Source of the DNA: Planctomycetes bacterium HGW-Planctomycetes-1
GTDB taxonomy: Bacteria > Planctomycetota > Phycisphaerae > Sedimentisphaerales > UBA12454
Length of the DNA: 58,675 nt
Direction: 5' to 3'
NCBI GenBank assembly: GCA_002839495.1
Contig: PGYD01000003.1
Span: forward strand, 1-58,675
The notes beneath the pieces were generated by a model. That model made no database searches, was not told the origin of the DNA, and was given only the letters and a program-made list of their open reading frames with translations. How positions within the stretch are numbered: position 1 is the first letter of the stretch; every line of letters begins with the position of its first letter. A program made the translations under genes and the position numbers. Positions 8,690-18,446 of this stretch are shown piece by piece.

Positions 8690-10426
8690 ATGGAAATAAA
8701 AAAAGGAATCGCTGTTTCGCCCGGTATCGCAATTGCCCGGTCGCTTGTTATCGATTCCGAAGATTATCGCATACCAAGACGGTCGATATTGCCGTCGGTA
8801 AAAGTTATGGAGGTTAAGCGGGTCAGGGACGCATTCAAGAAAGCTGTCGCTGAACTTGAAAAGCCCGACTCCGATGAGATAATCGCGGAAGGAAATATAA
8901 AGGATATATTCGCGGTTCATCTGCGTTTCCTGAAAGATAAGAATCTCAGGAAGAAAATTACCGACCTTGTTTATAACGACCTTTTGACGGCGGAATACGC
9001 TGTTTCGACGACACTTCGCGATATAGCCAATCATTTTGCGAGCGTGCAGAACAAGTATATCAGCGAACGGGCGACGGATATTTACGATATTGAGAAGCGT
9101 TTGCTGCGACATCTGCTCGGCAAGAAGCGCGAAGACGTAGGGCACATAAATCGTGAGGTAGTGGTCGTAGCACATGAGTTAAGTCCTACACAAACGGCCG
9201 GTTTCGACAGGAAATTCATAAAAGGATTTGCGACCGATGCAGGCGGCAGGACAAGCCATACGGCTATAGTTGCCCGTTCTTTGGGTATTCCTGCGGTTGT
9301 GGGCCTCGAAGATGTTACGAGAAATGTCGCTCCTGCCGCGACGGTGATAATAGACGGTAATCGCGGCGTGGTAATAATCGAGCCGGACGAGCCGACACTA
9401 AAGGAATATCAGCAGCACGCGATAGAATTTGAAAGGCTCGAAAGAGAGCTTGACGCTCTGCGGGACCTTGACGCGGTTACGCGCGACGGAGTTAAGGTGG
9501 AGCTTTACGGAAATATCGAGTTTCCGCACGAGGCGGAAATAGTAATAGACAAAGGCGGGCAGGGGATAGGCCTTTACCGTACTGAGTTTTTGTATCTTTA
9601 CAGTCAAACCGAACCGACGGAAGAAGACCATTACAGGGCGTACAGCGAAGTCATCAGGGTTTTCGGGAATATGCCGATAGTGATAAGAACGATGGATTTG
9701 GGGGCGGACAAATTTACACAAAGCCGGCGGTTTGTGCGTGAGCCCAACCCGTTTCTCGGTCTTCGTTCGATAAGGTTTTGTCTGCAGAATATCGTGCTGT
9801 TCAAGACTCAACTGCGTGCGATTCTGCGTGCATCGGTTCACGGCGATGTACGGATAATGTTCCCGCTGATAAGCAGTCTTCACGAACTTCGGCAGGCGAA
9901 GATGATATTGCGTGATGTTATGGAAGACCTTGACGAAGACGGGATAAAATATAATTCGAGCGTGCCGGTAGGGATAATGGTTGAAACGCCGTCGGCGGCG
10001 CTTACAGCGTCGATTCTTGCCGGCGAATCGGATTTCTTCAGTATCGGAACAAACGACCTTATTCAATATACTCTGGCGGTTGACCGCGGAAACGAGCGTG
10101 TTTCGACTTTATATTCCGGAGCCGACCCTGCGGTGGTAAGTCTTCTTCGCAGTATTATACACGATGCGAACAAGGCGAAGATAAACGTCAGTATCTGCGG
10201 CGAAATGGCGTCGGAGCCGGAGTTTATTATGCTGCTTTTAGGGCTCGGGTTCAGGACATTTTCGCTTGCTCCGCCGATGATACCGGAAATTAAAAAGCTC
10301 GTCCGCTCGGTTACGGTTGAGTCGTGCAACGTTATCGCTCGGAAAGTTCTTATGATGAATTCGGAACGGGAAGTTATAAATTACCTTCGGAGTGCGGCGA
10401 TGAAGGTTCTTCCCGAAGTGTTCTAA
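8690..10426 (+). CDS. ptsI: PEP-protein phosphotransferase (PTS enzyme I)
   Basis: TSHTAIVARSLGIPAV, GIGLYRTEF, NPFLGLR, FFSIGTNDL, ICGEMA. Confidence 0.96.
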   Translation: MEIKKGIAVSPGIAIARSLVIDSEDYRIPRRSILPSVKVMEVKRVRDAFKKAVAELEKPDSDEIIAEGNIKDIFAVHLRFLKDKNLRKKITDLVYNDLLTAEYAVSTTLRDIANHFASVQNKYISERATDIYDIEKRLLRHLLGKKREDVGHINREVVVVAHELSPTQTAGFDRKFIKGFATDAGGRTSHTAIVARSLGIPAVVGLEDVTRNVAPAATVIIDGNRGVVIIEPDEPTLKEYQQHAIEFERLERELDALRDLDAVTRDGVKVELYGNIEFPHEAEIVIDKGGQGIGLYRTEFLYLYSQTEPTEEDHYRAYSEVIRVFGNMPIVIRTMDLGADKFTQSRRFVREPNPFLGLRSIRFCLQNIVLFKTQLRAILRASVHGDVRIMFPLISSLHELRQAKMILRDVMEDLDEDGIKYNSSVPVGIMVETPSAALTASILAGESDFFSIGTNDLIQYTLAVDRGNERVSTLYSGADPAVVSLLRSIIHDANKAKINVSICGEMASEPEFIMLLLGLGFRTFSLAPPMIPEIKKLVRSVTVESCNVIARKVLMMNSEREVINYLRSAAMKVLPEVF

Positions 10427-10460
10427 ATAAAATTGATTTTTACGGATTAGGAGACAGCAG

Positions 10461-11135
10461 ATAAAATCGAGTGTACAGACACTGGTTGGAAGATATAAGA
10501 TACGAGACAGTGTCAGATTTTTATCACATCAGGAATCGTTCAGAGCGGTTCAGAGGGCTCTTGTGCGCAGTGAGATAAATCTGATTTACAGTCAGGGTTA
10601 TAATCCGCATCCGAGGCTGTCGCTGCCGCTGCCCAAAAGTGTGGGGCTCGCATCGGAAGACGAACTTTTCTGTGTGCAAATCTCCGGGGCCGCCGGTACA
10701 ACGGCTGAGCAAAATAAGGAACTTTATAAAAGGATTTCGGCTCAACTTCCGGAAGGTTTTGTTCTGACCGAACTGATAATTCACGATGAAAGAATCGCGT
10801 ATAGGCCGCTCGAAGCGGAATATCTTATCAGGTTCGAAGACGAAAAGGAGCTCGAAGAAATCTGGGCGCAGGCGGATAAACTTAACAGCCTTGTCCGAGC
10901 GGGCGAAAAAATAACGATTGAAAGAAGACTCGACGAAAAAGGCTCAGTAAAAACCGCCGATGTAGGGGGATTTATTAAATCGGTCGAGCAGACAGGCGAA
11001 GGCGTCAGAGTCGTATGTAAAATTACAGATAAAGGAACAATAAGGCCGGATGAAACTGCAAGACTTTTGGGATTGAAGCCGGAAAGCGTCGGCGTCTCAA
11101 TGAGCAGAAAAAAAGTCGTCTGGCAGACAAATTAA
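10461..11135 (+). CDS. radical SAM-linked protein (DUF2344 family), probable non-canonical ATA start
   Basis: YSQGYNPHPRLS motif. The family N-terminus RFLSHQESFRAVQRAL lies upstream of the GTG at 10563 in the same frame. AGGAG at 10449-10453 sits 7 nt before an in-frame ATA at 10461. Confidence 0.8.
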   Translation: MKSSVQTLVGRYKIRDSVRFLSHQESFRAVQRALVRSEINLIYSQGYNPHPRLSLPLPKSVGLASEDELFCVQISGAAGTTAEQNKELYKRISAQLPEGFVLTELIIHDERIAYRPLEAEYLIRFEDEKELEEIWAQADKLNSLVRAGEKITIERRLDEKGSVKTADVGGFIKSVEQTGEGVRVVCKITDKGTIRPDETARLLGLKPESVGVSMSRKKVVWQTN

Positions 11136-11148
11136 GGACAATAAATAT

Positions 11149-12675
11149 ATGGCAATAGAAATGTTAATCAATTTTGCCGAGGCGGCTGAATGCCGGATAG
11201 CTGTTGTCGAAAACAACAGTCTTGAGGAGCTTTATATCGAGAGGCCTTCGGTGGCGAGCCATGTCGGCAATATTTACAAGGGGAAAGTGGTAAACATCGA
11301 GCCTGCGATACAGGCGGCGTTTATCGATTTCGGTATGGGCAAGAACGGGTTTCTGCATATAAGTGACCTGCACCCGCGATACTTTATGCGCAAGGGACAG
11401 GACTATACCGAACATATCGGAAAGCGCAAATCGCTGCGGGAAAGGCCGCCCATTCAGCAGTGTATAAAAAGGGGTCAGGATATTATCGTACAGGTTACCA
11501 AGGAAGGCATAAATACCAAAGGGCCTACGCTTTCGACGTATCTGTCGCTGCCGGGCAAATATCTTGTGATGATGCCGTGGATGCATAATCTCGGCGTTTC
11601 GCAGAAAATCGAAGACGAGCAGGAAAGAGCGAGACTTAGGACGATTCTTGACGAGGTTCATCCTCCGGAAAAGGCCGGTTTTATACTGCGTACCGCAAGT
11701 CAGGGTTGTTCGAGAAGAGACATCCAAAAGGATATGGATTATATAGACAGATTGTGGAAGGCGATTCAAAAGCGAATCGATACAGTGCAGTCGCCGGCGG
11801 AGCTGTACCGGGAGTCGGACCTTGTGATTCGCACGATGCGGGATATTTTCAACAATAATATAAGCAAGATTATATGCGATAGTGAAAACGTCTGCCACAA
11901 AATCAGAGATTTCTTCCGGATAGTTCAGCCGAGGATGATAAAGCGTGTAACGTATCACGACGGCAAAGTGCCGCTGTTTCACAAATATAAAATCGAAGAT
12001 GAAATCCGGAAGATTCATTCACGAAAAGTGGATTTGAAAAGCGGCGGGTCGGTCATTATCGAGCAGACCGAAGCGCTTGTAGCGATAGACGTCAACAGCG
12101 GCAAATATACCAAGCATGAAAACGCCGAACAGACCGCTTTAAGGATAAATCTCGAGGCCGCAAAGGAAATCTCGCGGCAGTTGAAGCTTCGCGATATGGG
12201 CGGCCTGATTATCTGCGATTTTATAGATATGCGGGACAGTAAAAACAGAAGAGAAGTCGAAAAGATGTTTAGGTCGGCTTTGGCAAGCGACCGGGCCCGA
12301 AGCAGGATATTGCGAATCAGCGCATTCGGAATTATCGAGATGACAAGGCAGCGAATGCGGCCGAGCCTGCAGTCGAGCAATTATTTGGAATGTCCGTTCT
12401 GCGCGGGAAGCGGAATGATAAAAAGTCCCGAATCGGCCGCGATAGAATCGCTGAGGGCTTTGGGAATGGCGGCATCGAAAAAAGAGGTTAAAAGGATAGA
12501 ACTGGGAGTAGCGCCGTCAGTCGCGGATTTTCTGCTTAATAAACGCAGGGCGGCGATTGCTAAAATAGAGGCGAACGAGCAAAAGCAGATAATAATCCGT
12601 CCCGATGAAACTTGTCCTGCGGACAGATATAATGTAATATGTTTCGACGAACGTGAAGGGATTGTGAAGATTTAG
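11149..12675 (+). CDS. rng: ribonuclease E/G family endoribonuclease
   Basis: GNIYKGKV, QAAFID, GFLH, IDVNSG, LRDMGGLIICDFIDM, CPFC Zn link. Confidence 0.9.
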   Translation: MAIEMLINFAEAAECRIAVVENNSLEELYIERPSVASHVGNIYKGKVVNIEPAIQAAFIDFGMGKNGFLHISDLHPRYFMRKGQDYTEHIGKRKSLRERPPIQQCIKRGQDIIVQVTKEGINTKGPTLSTYLSLPGKYLVMMPWMHNLGVSQKIEDEQERARLRTILDEVHPPEKAGFILRTASQGCSRRDIQKDMDYIDRLWKAIQKRIDTVQSPAELYRESDLVIRTMRDIFNNNISKIICDSENVCHKIRDFFRIVQPRMIKRVTYHDGKVPLFHKYKIEDEIRKIHSRKVDLKSGGSVIIEQTEALVAIDVNSGKYTKHENAEQTALRINLEAAKEISRQLKLRDMGGLIICDFIDMRDSKNRREVEKMFRSALASDRARSRILRISAFGIIEMTRQRMRPSLQSSNYLECPFCAGSGMIKSPESAAIESLRALGMAASKKEVKRIELGVAPSVADFLLNKRRAAIAKIEANEQKQIIIRPDETCPADRYNVICFDEREGIVKI

Positions 12676-12706
12676 AATGTTTATCCGGTATTAACGGAGC
12701 TGTTAA

Positions 12707-13684
12707 ATGGCATTTGACCTTGAATACGCAAGGCAGGTAATAAACGCCGAGGCCAAAGGCGTGGCGAAAATGGCCGAGCTTGTCGATAAGACCTTTGCCG
12801 ATGCGGCGGAGCTTATTTATAACTGCAAAGGCGCGGTTATCGTTACGGGCATCGGAAAGGCGGGCATTGTCGGCAGAAAAATCAGCGCTACGCTCGCATC
12901 GACGGGAACGCCGAGCCATTTTCTGCATCCTGCCGAAGCGGTTCACGGCGATTTAGGCAGACTGCGAAAAGGCGATATCGTACTTGCGCTGAGCTATGGC
13001 GGAGAAACGGACGAAATTATCCGCCTGATAAATATAGTCAAACAGCTCGAGGTCAAGCTGATAGCGATTACCGCCAGCAGTGATTCGCGTCTCGCCGCAC
13101 ACAGCGATATTGTTTTGTGTATGGGCCAGCTCGACGAGGCTTGTCCGTTCGGCGTCGCGCCGAGCGTTTCGACTACCTGTATGCTTGCGATTGGCGATGC
13201 ACTGGCGCTTACGGTAATGAAGGTCAGAAAATTCAGCATCGAGGATTACGCCAGATTTCACCCGGCTGGTTCGCTGGGGCCGAAACTTATCACGGTCGAA
13301 CAATCGATGTTGTTTAAAGCGGGAGAAAAACTGCCTCTTGCGAAAATTACAGATACGGTCAAGCAGCTTCTCGAAAAAAACAGTGAAATAAAAAGACACG
13401 GAGCCGTGATGATTGTCGATGCAGGCGGAAAACTGGCGGGAATTATCACGGACGCGGATTTGAGAAGACTTATGGCGAAAGACGGAGCTAAATTTTTCGA
13501 TTATGCGGTAAAAGATATAATGACGCCCAATTGCAAGAGAATCAGGGCCAGCGCCCTTGCCGCCGAGGCGATGGCGATATTCCATAAGCATAGAATCGAC
13601 GATTTGCCTGTTGTCGATGAGCAGGACAAACCCATCGGCCTAATCGATGTACAGGATATTGTCGCGATAAAGATTGTAGGATAA
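12707..13684 (+). CDS. kdsD: arabinose-5-phosphate isomerase (KpsF/GutQ, SIS + CBS)
   Basis: GIGKAG, STGTPS, EAVHGDLG, FHPAGSLG and a CBS pair. Confidence 0.93.
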   Translation: MAFDLEYARQVINAEAKGVAKMAELVDKTFADAAELIYNCKGAVIVTGIGKAGIVGRKISATLASTGTPSHFLHPAEAVHGDLGRLRKGDIVLALSYGGETDEIIRLINIVKQLEVKLIAITASSDSRLAAHSDIVLCMGQLDEACPFGVAPSVSTTCMLAIGDALALTVMKVRKFSIEDYARFHPAGSLGPKLITVEQSMLFKAGEKLPLAKITDTVKQLLEKNSEIKRHGAVMIVDAGGKLAGIITDADLRRLMAKDGAKFFDYAVKDIMTPNCKRIRASALAAEAMAIFHKHRIDDLPVVDEQDKPIGLIDVQDIVAIKIVG

Positions 13685-13691
13685 CCGGTAA

Positions 13692-14219
13692 ATGACGCAG
13701 ATAAGCAAGATAGAACTTAATCAGATAAAGCTGCTGGCGATGGATGTTGACGGCGTTTTGACCGATGGGACGATAACGATAGGCTCCGACGGTTCGGAAC
13801 ATAAGACCTTTAATCTGCTCGACGGTCACGGTATAAGGATGTGGCGAAGAGCGGGTTTAAAAGCGGCATTGATAAGCGGCAGGGAAAGTGCTGTAACCGC
13901 GCAAAGGGCCAAAGAAATGGAAATCGATTTTGTATATCAGCCCTGTCAGCGAAAACTGGACTGCTTCGAGAAACTTCTTGCGGACTCGAAACTTGAGCCG
14001 AAAAACATCGCATATATCGGCGATGATGTGCTTGATATTCCGATTGTAAAACGCGTCGGCTTCGGCATCGCCGTGGCAAATTCGGTGGAAGAGCTTAAAA
14101 GCGCGGCTCTCTATGTAACTTCGAGAACCGGCGGCAGCGGCGCTGTAAGGGAGGTTGTCGAGTATATCCTCAAGAACACCGGCCAATGGGCGGCCCTTAT
14201 GGAACGTTATCTCGTTTGA
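13692..14219 (+). CDS. kdsC: KDO-8-phosphate phosphatase
   Basis: DVDGVLTDG, YIGDDVLD, GGSGAVREV. Confidence 0.93.
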   Translation: MTQISKIELNQIKLLAMDVDGVLTDGTITIGSDGSEHKTFNLLDGHGIRMWRRAGLKAALISGRESAVTAQRAKEMEIDFVYQPCQRKLDCFEKLLADSKLEPKNIAYIGDDVLDIPIVKRVGFGIAVANSVEELKSAALYVTSRTGGSGAVREVVEYILKNTGQWAALMERYLV

Positions 14220-14237
14220 AATTAGACCGGCTGTATT

Positions 14238-16388
14238 ATGATTCATAGCAGAAAATTTAAAATCTGGCTCACCTCGTTTCTTATCGTGCTGGTTGTCTTT
14301 CTGTTTTACAGAATATTCGGCAGCGTCGGCGTTATAAGGATATCGAGGCCGGATTATGGAATCGGCGATACGAATGCACTGCCGGGCGGCTCGCAGGCGG
14401 GACAGGTAGGACAAGCGAAACTTGAGTATGTTGAACGCGCACGTTTCGAAACAGTTGACCCAAAAACACGCAAACTCAGGCGCGTTGTAGGTTTCGAGAA
14501 AGTGCTGCACAAAAGCGGCAACGAATGGGACCTCGACAAGCCCTATATGAACGTTTTTCAGGATAACTTCCGCTGCAATATCACCGCAAATACCGGTACA
14601 GTCGAACTCGAAAATGTCGAAGGCGGAGACCCTGCTCCGAAAACAGCTATTTTAAAAGGCGATGTTCTGGTTCACGTTATTCCGGATGGAGAAAACCGTT
14701 CGGAAAGTTTCATCTATCTTAAAGATGTGGCTTTTGACAGCGACCGTTCGATGCTTTGGTCGAATAACGATGTTAATTTTGTCTCGGCCGACGCCGACCT
14801 GATGGGAAAAGGACTGGAAATTGTTTATAACAACGCCACCAACAAGCTCGAATATCTCAAAATAAAGAAAGTCGAATACCTGAATATAAAAAGACTGGCA
14901 GAGACGGCCGGCGATACAAAAAAACCTGCGCCGCAATCACCAAAAGCAGAAAAACCTGCCGAAGTTCGCAGCGTACCGGATAAACCTGCGGCCGTGAAAG
15001 AATCGGCGCAGCAGGATCAGGATAAAGAAGAATATCAATGTTTGTTTAGAGATAATGTAATCATAGAATATAAAAACGAAGTGGTTCTTTCCGAAGAAAT
15101 CGCCATAAAAAATCTTTTATGGTCGCAAAGCAGCCGACCGAGTCAGGAGCCTCAATCTCAGCAATTCGAGCAAAGCCCGCAGCAGCCCCAAACAGAGCCG
15201 CAGCCGTCATCACCGCCCCAGCCGCAAGATACCGAAAGGCCTCAGGAAAAACCCCAGCCGCCAAAGGCCTGGCGAGAAATACCTGTTATAGCTACGGTAC
15301 AATGCGACGGGCCTATGATAGTAAAGCCTTTGGTGACAAATCTTTACGACGATTTCAAGCCTGACAAATTCAGGGGGTTTTATCAGTTGAGCAGCAAGCT
15401 CTTTTATAAGCTTGGCCAGCGAAATGTGCTTATCGGCCAAAAGGTTGATTATGACGTCGCCAGCCAGACCGCAAGCGCTATCGGAGATGTAGAGCTTGTC
15501 TTTTATCCGCAGATAGAGACATCGAAGGGAAAACAGAAAGTGCCTTTTATCATAAGCGCAAAAGAAGGCGCACAATTTGTCGTGCCGGACAAGGTGGCGA
15601 CTTTTAACGGCGATGTGAAAGGCAAGTTCGTCAAGCAGACAGAATATTATGACGAAGAAAATGTCTTTTACGGCAGCAAGCTTATCGCGAACCTTTCCGA
15701 AAAGCAGGGCAGCGGGGATATTATGCCCGCAGGCGATATATCGCATATAACGGTTCTCGGGCCGAGTGTTCGGCTCGAATCGGTAAGGACGTTCGAGAAG
15801 ACAAAACTGAGCCATGTAAGGCTAAAATCCGAACGAATCGATTACGACCGTGCTACGGATGATATAGTCGCTTCCGGCAGGGGCAAAATCGAGTACGGCA
15901 ATACCGTTAAACACCCCGGCAGACCTACCGGCCAAAGAGCGCTGGACAAACCCTGCTATGCGCTGGTCGAAGGATTTACCAGACTTGTCTGGAATACAAA
16001 AACAATGCATGTTCAGGCGACCAGCGAAGAGAGCGGAGGAATCCATATCGGCTATGTTCCTATTTTAGATAAAGGTTACGGACAAAGAGTTACAATCGAT
16101 ACCCGCCGGATTGATATAGATTATCACGAGCCGATAAAGGGCAGGGCCCAGCTTAAACAACTAAAAGCGACGGGCGGAATAGTTTACTACGAACAGGGCA
16201 GGTACGAATTTGCCGGCAAGGAACTTGCCTATAACGCCACGGAAGATTTTATGACCGTCTCCGGCAGTCCGGAAATGCCCTGTATGCTCAACGGCGTCTT
16301 TACTGAGGGAATCGAATACAATCTAAAAACAGGTGCGGCCAGCGCGGTTCTCAGCGGCGGGGTCGGAATTATGCCCGTCAGAGAATAA
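14238..16388 (+). CDS. large membrane-anchored LptC/LptA(OstA)-like beta-jellyroll protein
   Basis: N-terminal TM helix, beta-strand-rich segments (LKGDVLV, ATFNGDVKG, ATGGIVY...GKELAY), Pro/Gln linkers, and the lptC-lptA position downstream of kdsDC. Confidence 0.55.
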   Translation: MIHSRKFKIWLTSFLIVLVVFLFYRIFGSVGVIRISRPDYGIGDTNALPGGSQAGQVGQAKLEYVERARFETVDPKTRKLRRVVGFEKVLHKSGNEWDLDKPYMNVFQDNFRCNITANTGTVELENVEGGDPAPKTAILKGDVLVHVIPDGENRSESFIYLKDVAFDSDRSMLWSNNDVNFVSADADLMGKGLEIVYNNATNKLEYLKIKKVEYLNIKRLAETAGDTKKPAPQSPKAEKPAEVRSVPDKPAAVKESAQQDQDKEEYQCLFRDNVIIEYKNEVVLSEEIAIKNLLWSQSSRPSQEPQSQQFEQSPQQPQTEPQPSSPPQPQDTERPQEKPQPPKAWREIPVIATVQCDGPMIVKPLVTNLYDDFKPDKFRGFYQLSSKLFYKLGQRNVLIGQKVDYDVASQTASAIGDVELVFYPQIETSKGKQKVPFIISAKEGAQFVVPDKVATFNGDVKGKFVKQTEYYDEENVFYGSKLIANLSEKQGSGDIMPAGDISHITVLGPSVRLESVRTFEKTKLSHVRLKSERIDYDRATDDIVASGRGKIEYGNTVKHPGRPTGQRALDKPCYALVEGFTRLVWNTKTMHVQATSEESGGIHIGYVPILDKGYGQRVTIDTRRIDIDYHEPIKGRAQLKQLKATGGIVYYEQGRYEFAGKELAYNATEDFMTVSGSPEMPCMLNGVFTEGIEYNLKTGAASAVLSGGVGIMPVRE

Positions 16389-16493
16389 TCTCTGTCTTGT
16401 TTATCTACAATGTGTTTTTGAGTTGACTTGTGTTTTAATTTAGCTAAACTACCCCTCTTCAAACCATTGGATTTCTGATATAAGGAGGTCAGA

Positions 16494-17405
16494 TTGGCTT
16501 ATAATTGCGTAGTATCGATAAAACAGGTGCCTGATACCAAGAGAATTACAGGCGAAGCGATGAACGACGACGGCACGGTTAATAGAGGTTCTCTGCCGGC
16601 GATTTTCAATCCGGAAGACCTTAACGCTCTCGAATTGGCGCTGGATATAAAGGACAAATATGGCGGCAAAGTAACCGTTATCACTATGGGACTGCCTGCG
16701 GCAAGCGCGATTCTGCGCGAGTCCTTATATCGCGGAGCGGACGAGGCGATTTTGATTACCGACAGACGATGCGCAGCAAGCGATACACTGGCGACAAGCT
16801 ATATATTAAGCTGTGCGGTTAAAAAACTGGATTGCGATATCGTACTTTGCGGAAGACAGGCAATCGACGGCGACACCGCACAGGTAGGGCCGCAACTTGC
16901 CGAAAAACTCGGCATCTCTCAGATTACTTATGTCGAAGAACTTATAAGTCTTGAAAAAAAGACAATCACCGCAAGACGCAATATCGGCAACGGCTGGCAG
17001 GAAGTAAAATGCAATCTTCCGGTACTGCTTACCGTTGTTGACGAGGCGAACGAGCCGAGAGTCTCGGTCGCGAAAAGACTGATGAAATATAAAAAGGCCA
17101 GAACACCTGTTGAAATTCAAATGCAGCTCAAGCAGGATAATCCTCACGCAAGCGACGAGGAACTGAAACAGCTTGCCAAGGCCAAGGCAGAGGAGCTTCA
17201 GGAAAAAGGTCTTTTAATAAAACAGTGGGACATTGATTATCTGGGCGCCGATTTGCAGTGGTGCGGCAGAGACGGCTCGCCGACGAAGGTACACCGCATT
17301 CAAAGCGTTATTCTGACCGCCCGCGAGAGCAAGACAGTCGAGCCGAGCGAGCAGTGCATCGCGGATATGGTTCACGAATTAATAAGCGACAAGACAATAA
17401 GTTAG
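16494..17405 (+). CDS. etfB: electron transfer flavoprotein beta subunit
   Basis: KQVPDT, NPEDLNALE, DTLATS, GRQAIDGDTAQVGP. Confidence 0.95.
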   Translation: MAYNCVVSIKQVPDTKRITGEAMNDDGTVNRGSLPAIFNPEDLNALELALDIKDKYGGKVTVITMGLPAASAILRESLYRGADEAILITDRRCAASDTLATSYILSCAVKKLDCDIVLCGRQAIDGDTAQVGPQLAEKLGISQITYVEELISLEKKTITARRNIGNGWQEVKCNLPVLLTVVDEANEPRVSVAKRLMKYKKARTPVEIQMQLKQDNPHASDEELKQLAKAKAEELQEKGLLIKQWDIDYLGADLQWCGRDGSPTKVHRIQSVILTARESKTVEPSEQCIADMVHELISDKTIS

Positions 17406-17419
17406 TTTCAGGATAATCT

Positions 17420-18442
17420 ATGATTTCAGTCAACAGAAAAGGTGAAGTATGGGTGTTCGCCGAACAGCACAGCGGCAAACTCGAAGATATCGGCCTTGAA
17501 CTTTTAGGCAGGGCGAGGACGCTCGGCGATACGCTCGGCGTTAAGGTCGGAGCGGTCCTTATCGGCGACGAGATTAAGGGCCTTGCGGAAAAGCTCTGCC
17601 ATTACAGGGCGGACAAGGTTTATGTGCTCGAACATCCGCTGCTGGAGCATTACCAGGCCAACAGCTATGCCAAGGTGATATACGACCTTATTCACAAATA
17701 CGAGCCTCAGATAATGATTTACGGCGCAAGCGCGTGCGGCAGAGACCTTGCCCCGCGTGTAGCAAGTGCGGCCAAGGCCGGTCTTACCGCTGACTGCACC
17801 GATTTGCGAATCGGCGACCATGAGAACAAAGACGTAGTTCATAAGAATCTGCTCTTGCAGATAAGGCCCGCGTTCGGCGGAAATATTATCGCGACGATTA
17901 TAAATTACGACCGCTGGCCGCAGATGGCGACTGTCCGCGAAGGCGTTATGCCGATGCCGGAAGCGAACGGCACAAGGAAAGGCGAAATTATTGTCGAGAA
18001 AGTACACCTGACGCCTGACGAGCTGCCGATAGAAATTCTTAATGAACATAAACGCGAAAAAAAGGTTAATCTCAAGGCATCGAGGATAGTCGTATCCGGC
18101 GGTGCGGGTGTCGGCAGCAAGGAAAACTTCCGGCTAATCTGGGACCTCGCCAACGCACTGGGCGCGGCGCCGGGAGCAACGAGAGCGGCGGTCGATTTGG
18201 GATTTATCGACAGAGACCATCAGGTAGGACAGACCGGCACGACGGTAAGGCCGAGTTTGTATATCGCGGTCGGAATAAGCGGAGCTATTCAGCATCAGGC
18301 GGGTATGGGCGACAGTCAGAAGATTATCGCAATCAACAACGACCCGCAGGCCCCGATTTTCGATATTGCTCATTATAAAGTTATCGGCGACCTTAATGAA
18401 ATCGTTCCGAAGATGATAAAAGCTATAAAGGCGAGAGTTTAA
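17420..18442 (+). CDS. etfA: electron transfer flavoprotein alpha subunit
   Basis: GLTADCT, RPAFGGN, QVGQTGTTVRP, GISGAIQH. Confidence 0.95.
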   Translation: MISVNRKGEVWVFAEQHSGKLEDIGLELLGRARTLGDTLGVKVGAVLIGDEIKGLAEKLCHYRADKVYVLEHPLLEHYQANSYAKVIYDLIHKYEPQIMIYGASACGRDLAPRVASAAKAGLTADCTDLRIGDHENKDVVHKNLLLQIRPAFGGNIIATIINYDRWPQMATVREGVMPMPEANGTRKGEIIVEKVHLTPDELPIEILNEHKREKKVNLKASRIVVSGGAGVGSKENFRLIWDLANALGAAPGATRAAVDLGFIDRDHQVGQTGTTVRPSLYIAVGISGAIQHQAGMGDSQKIIAINNDPQAPIFDIAHYKVIGDLNEIVPKMIKAIKARV

Positions 18443-18446
18443 AAAA

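Noticed and set aside
15130-15270. CAG/CCG-rich low-complexity stretch
   Set aside because: Encodes a Pro/Gln linker within the Lpt-like protein; no exact repeat unit.
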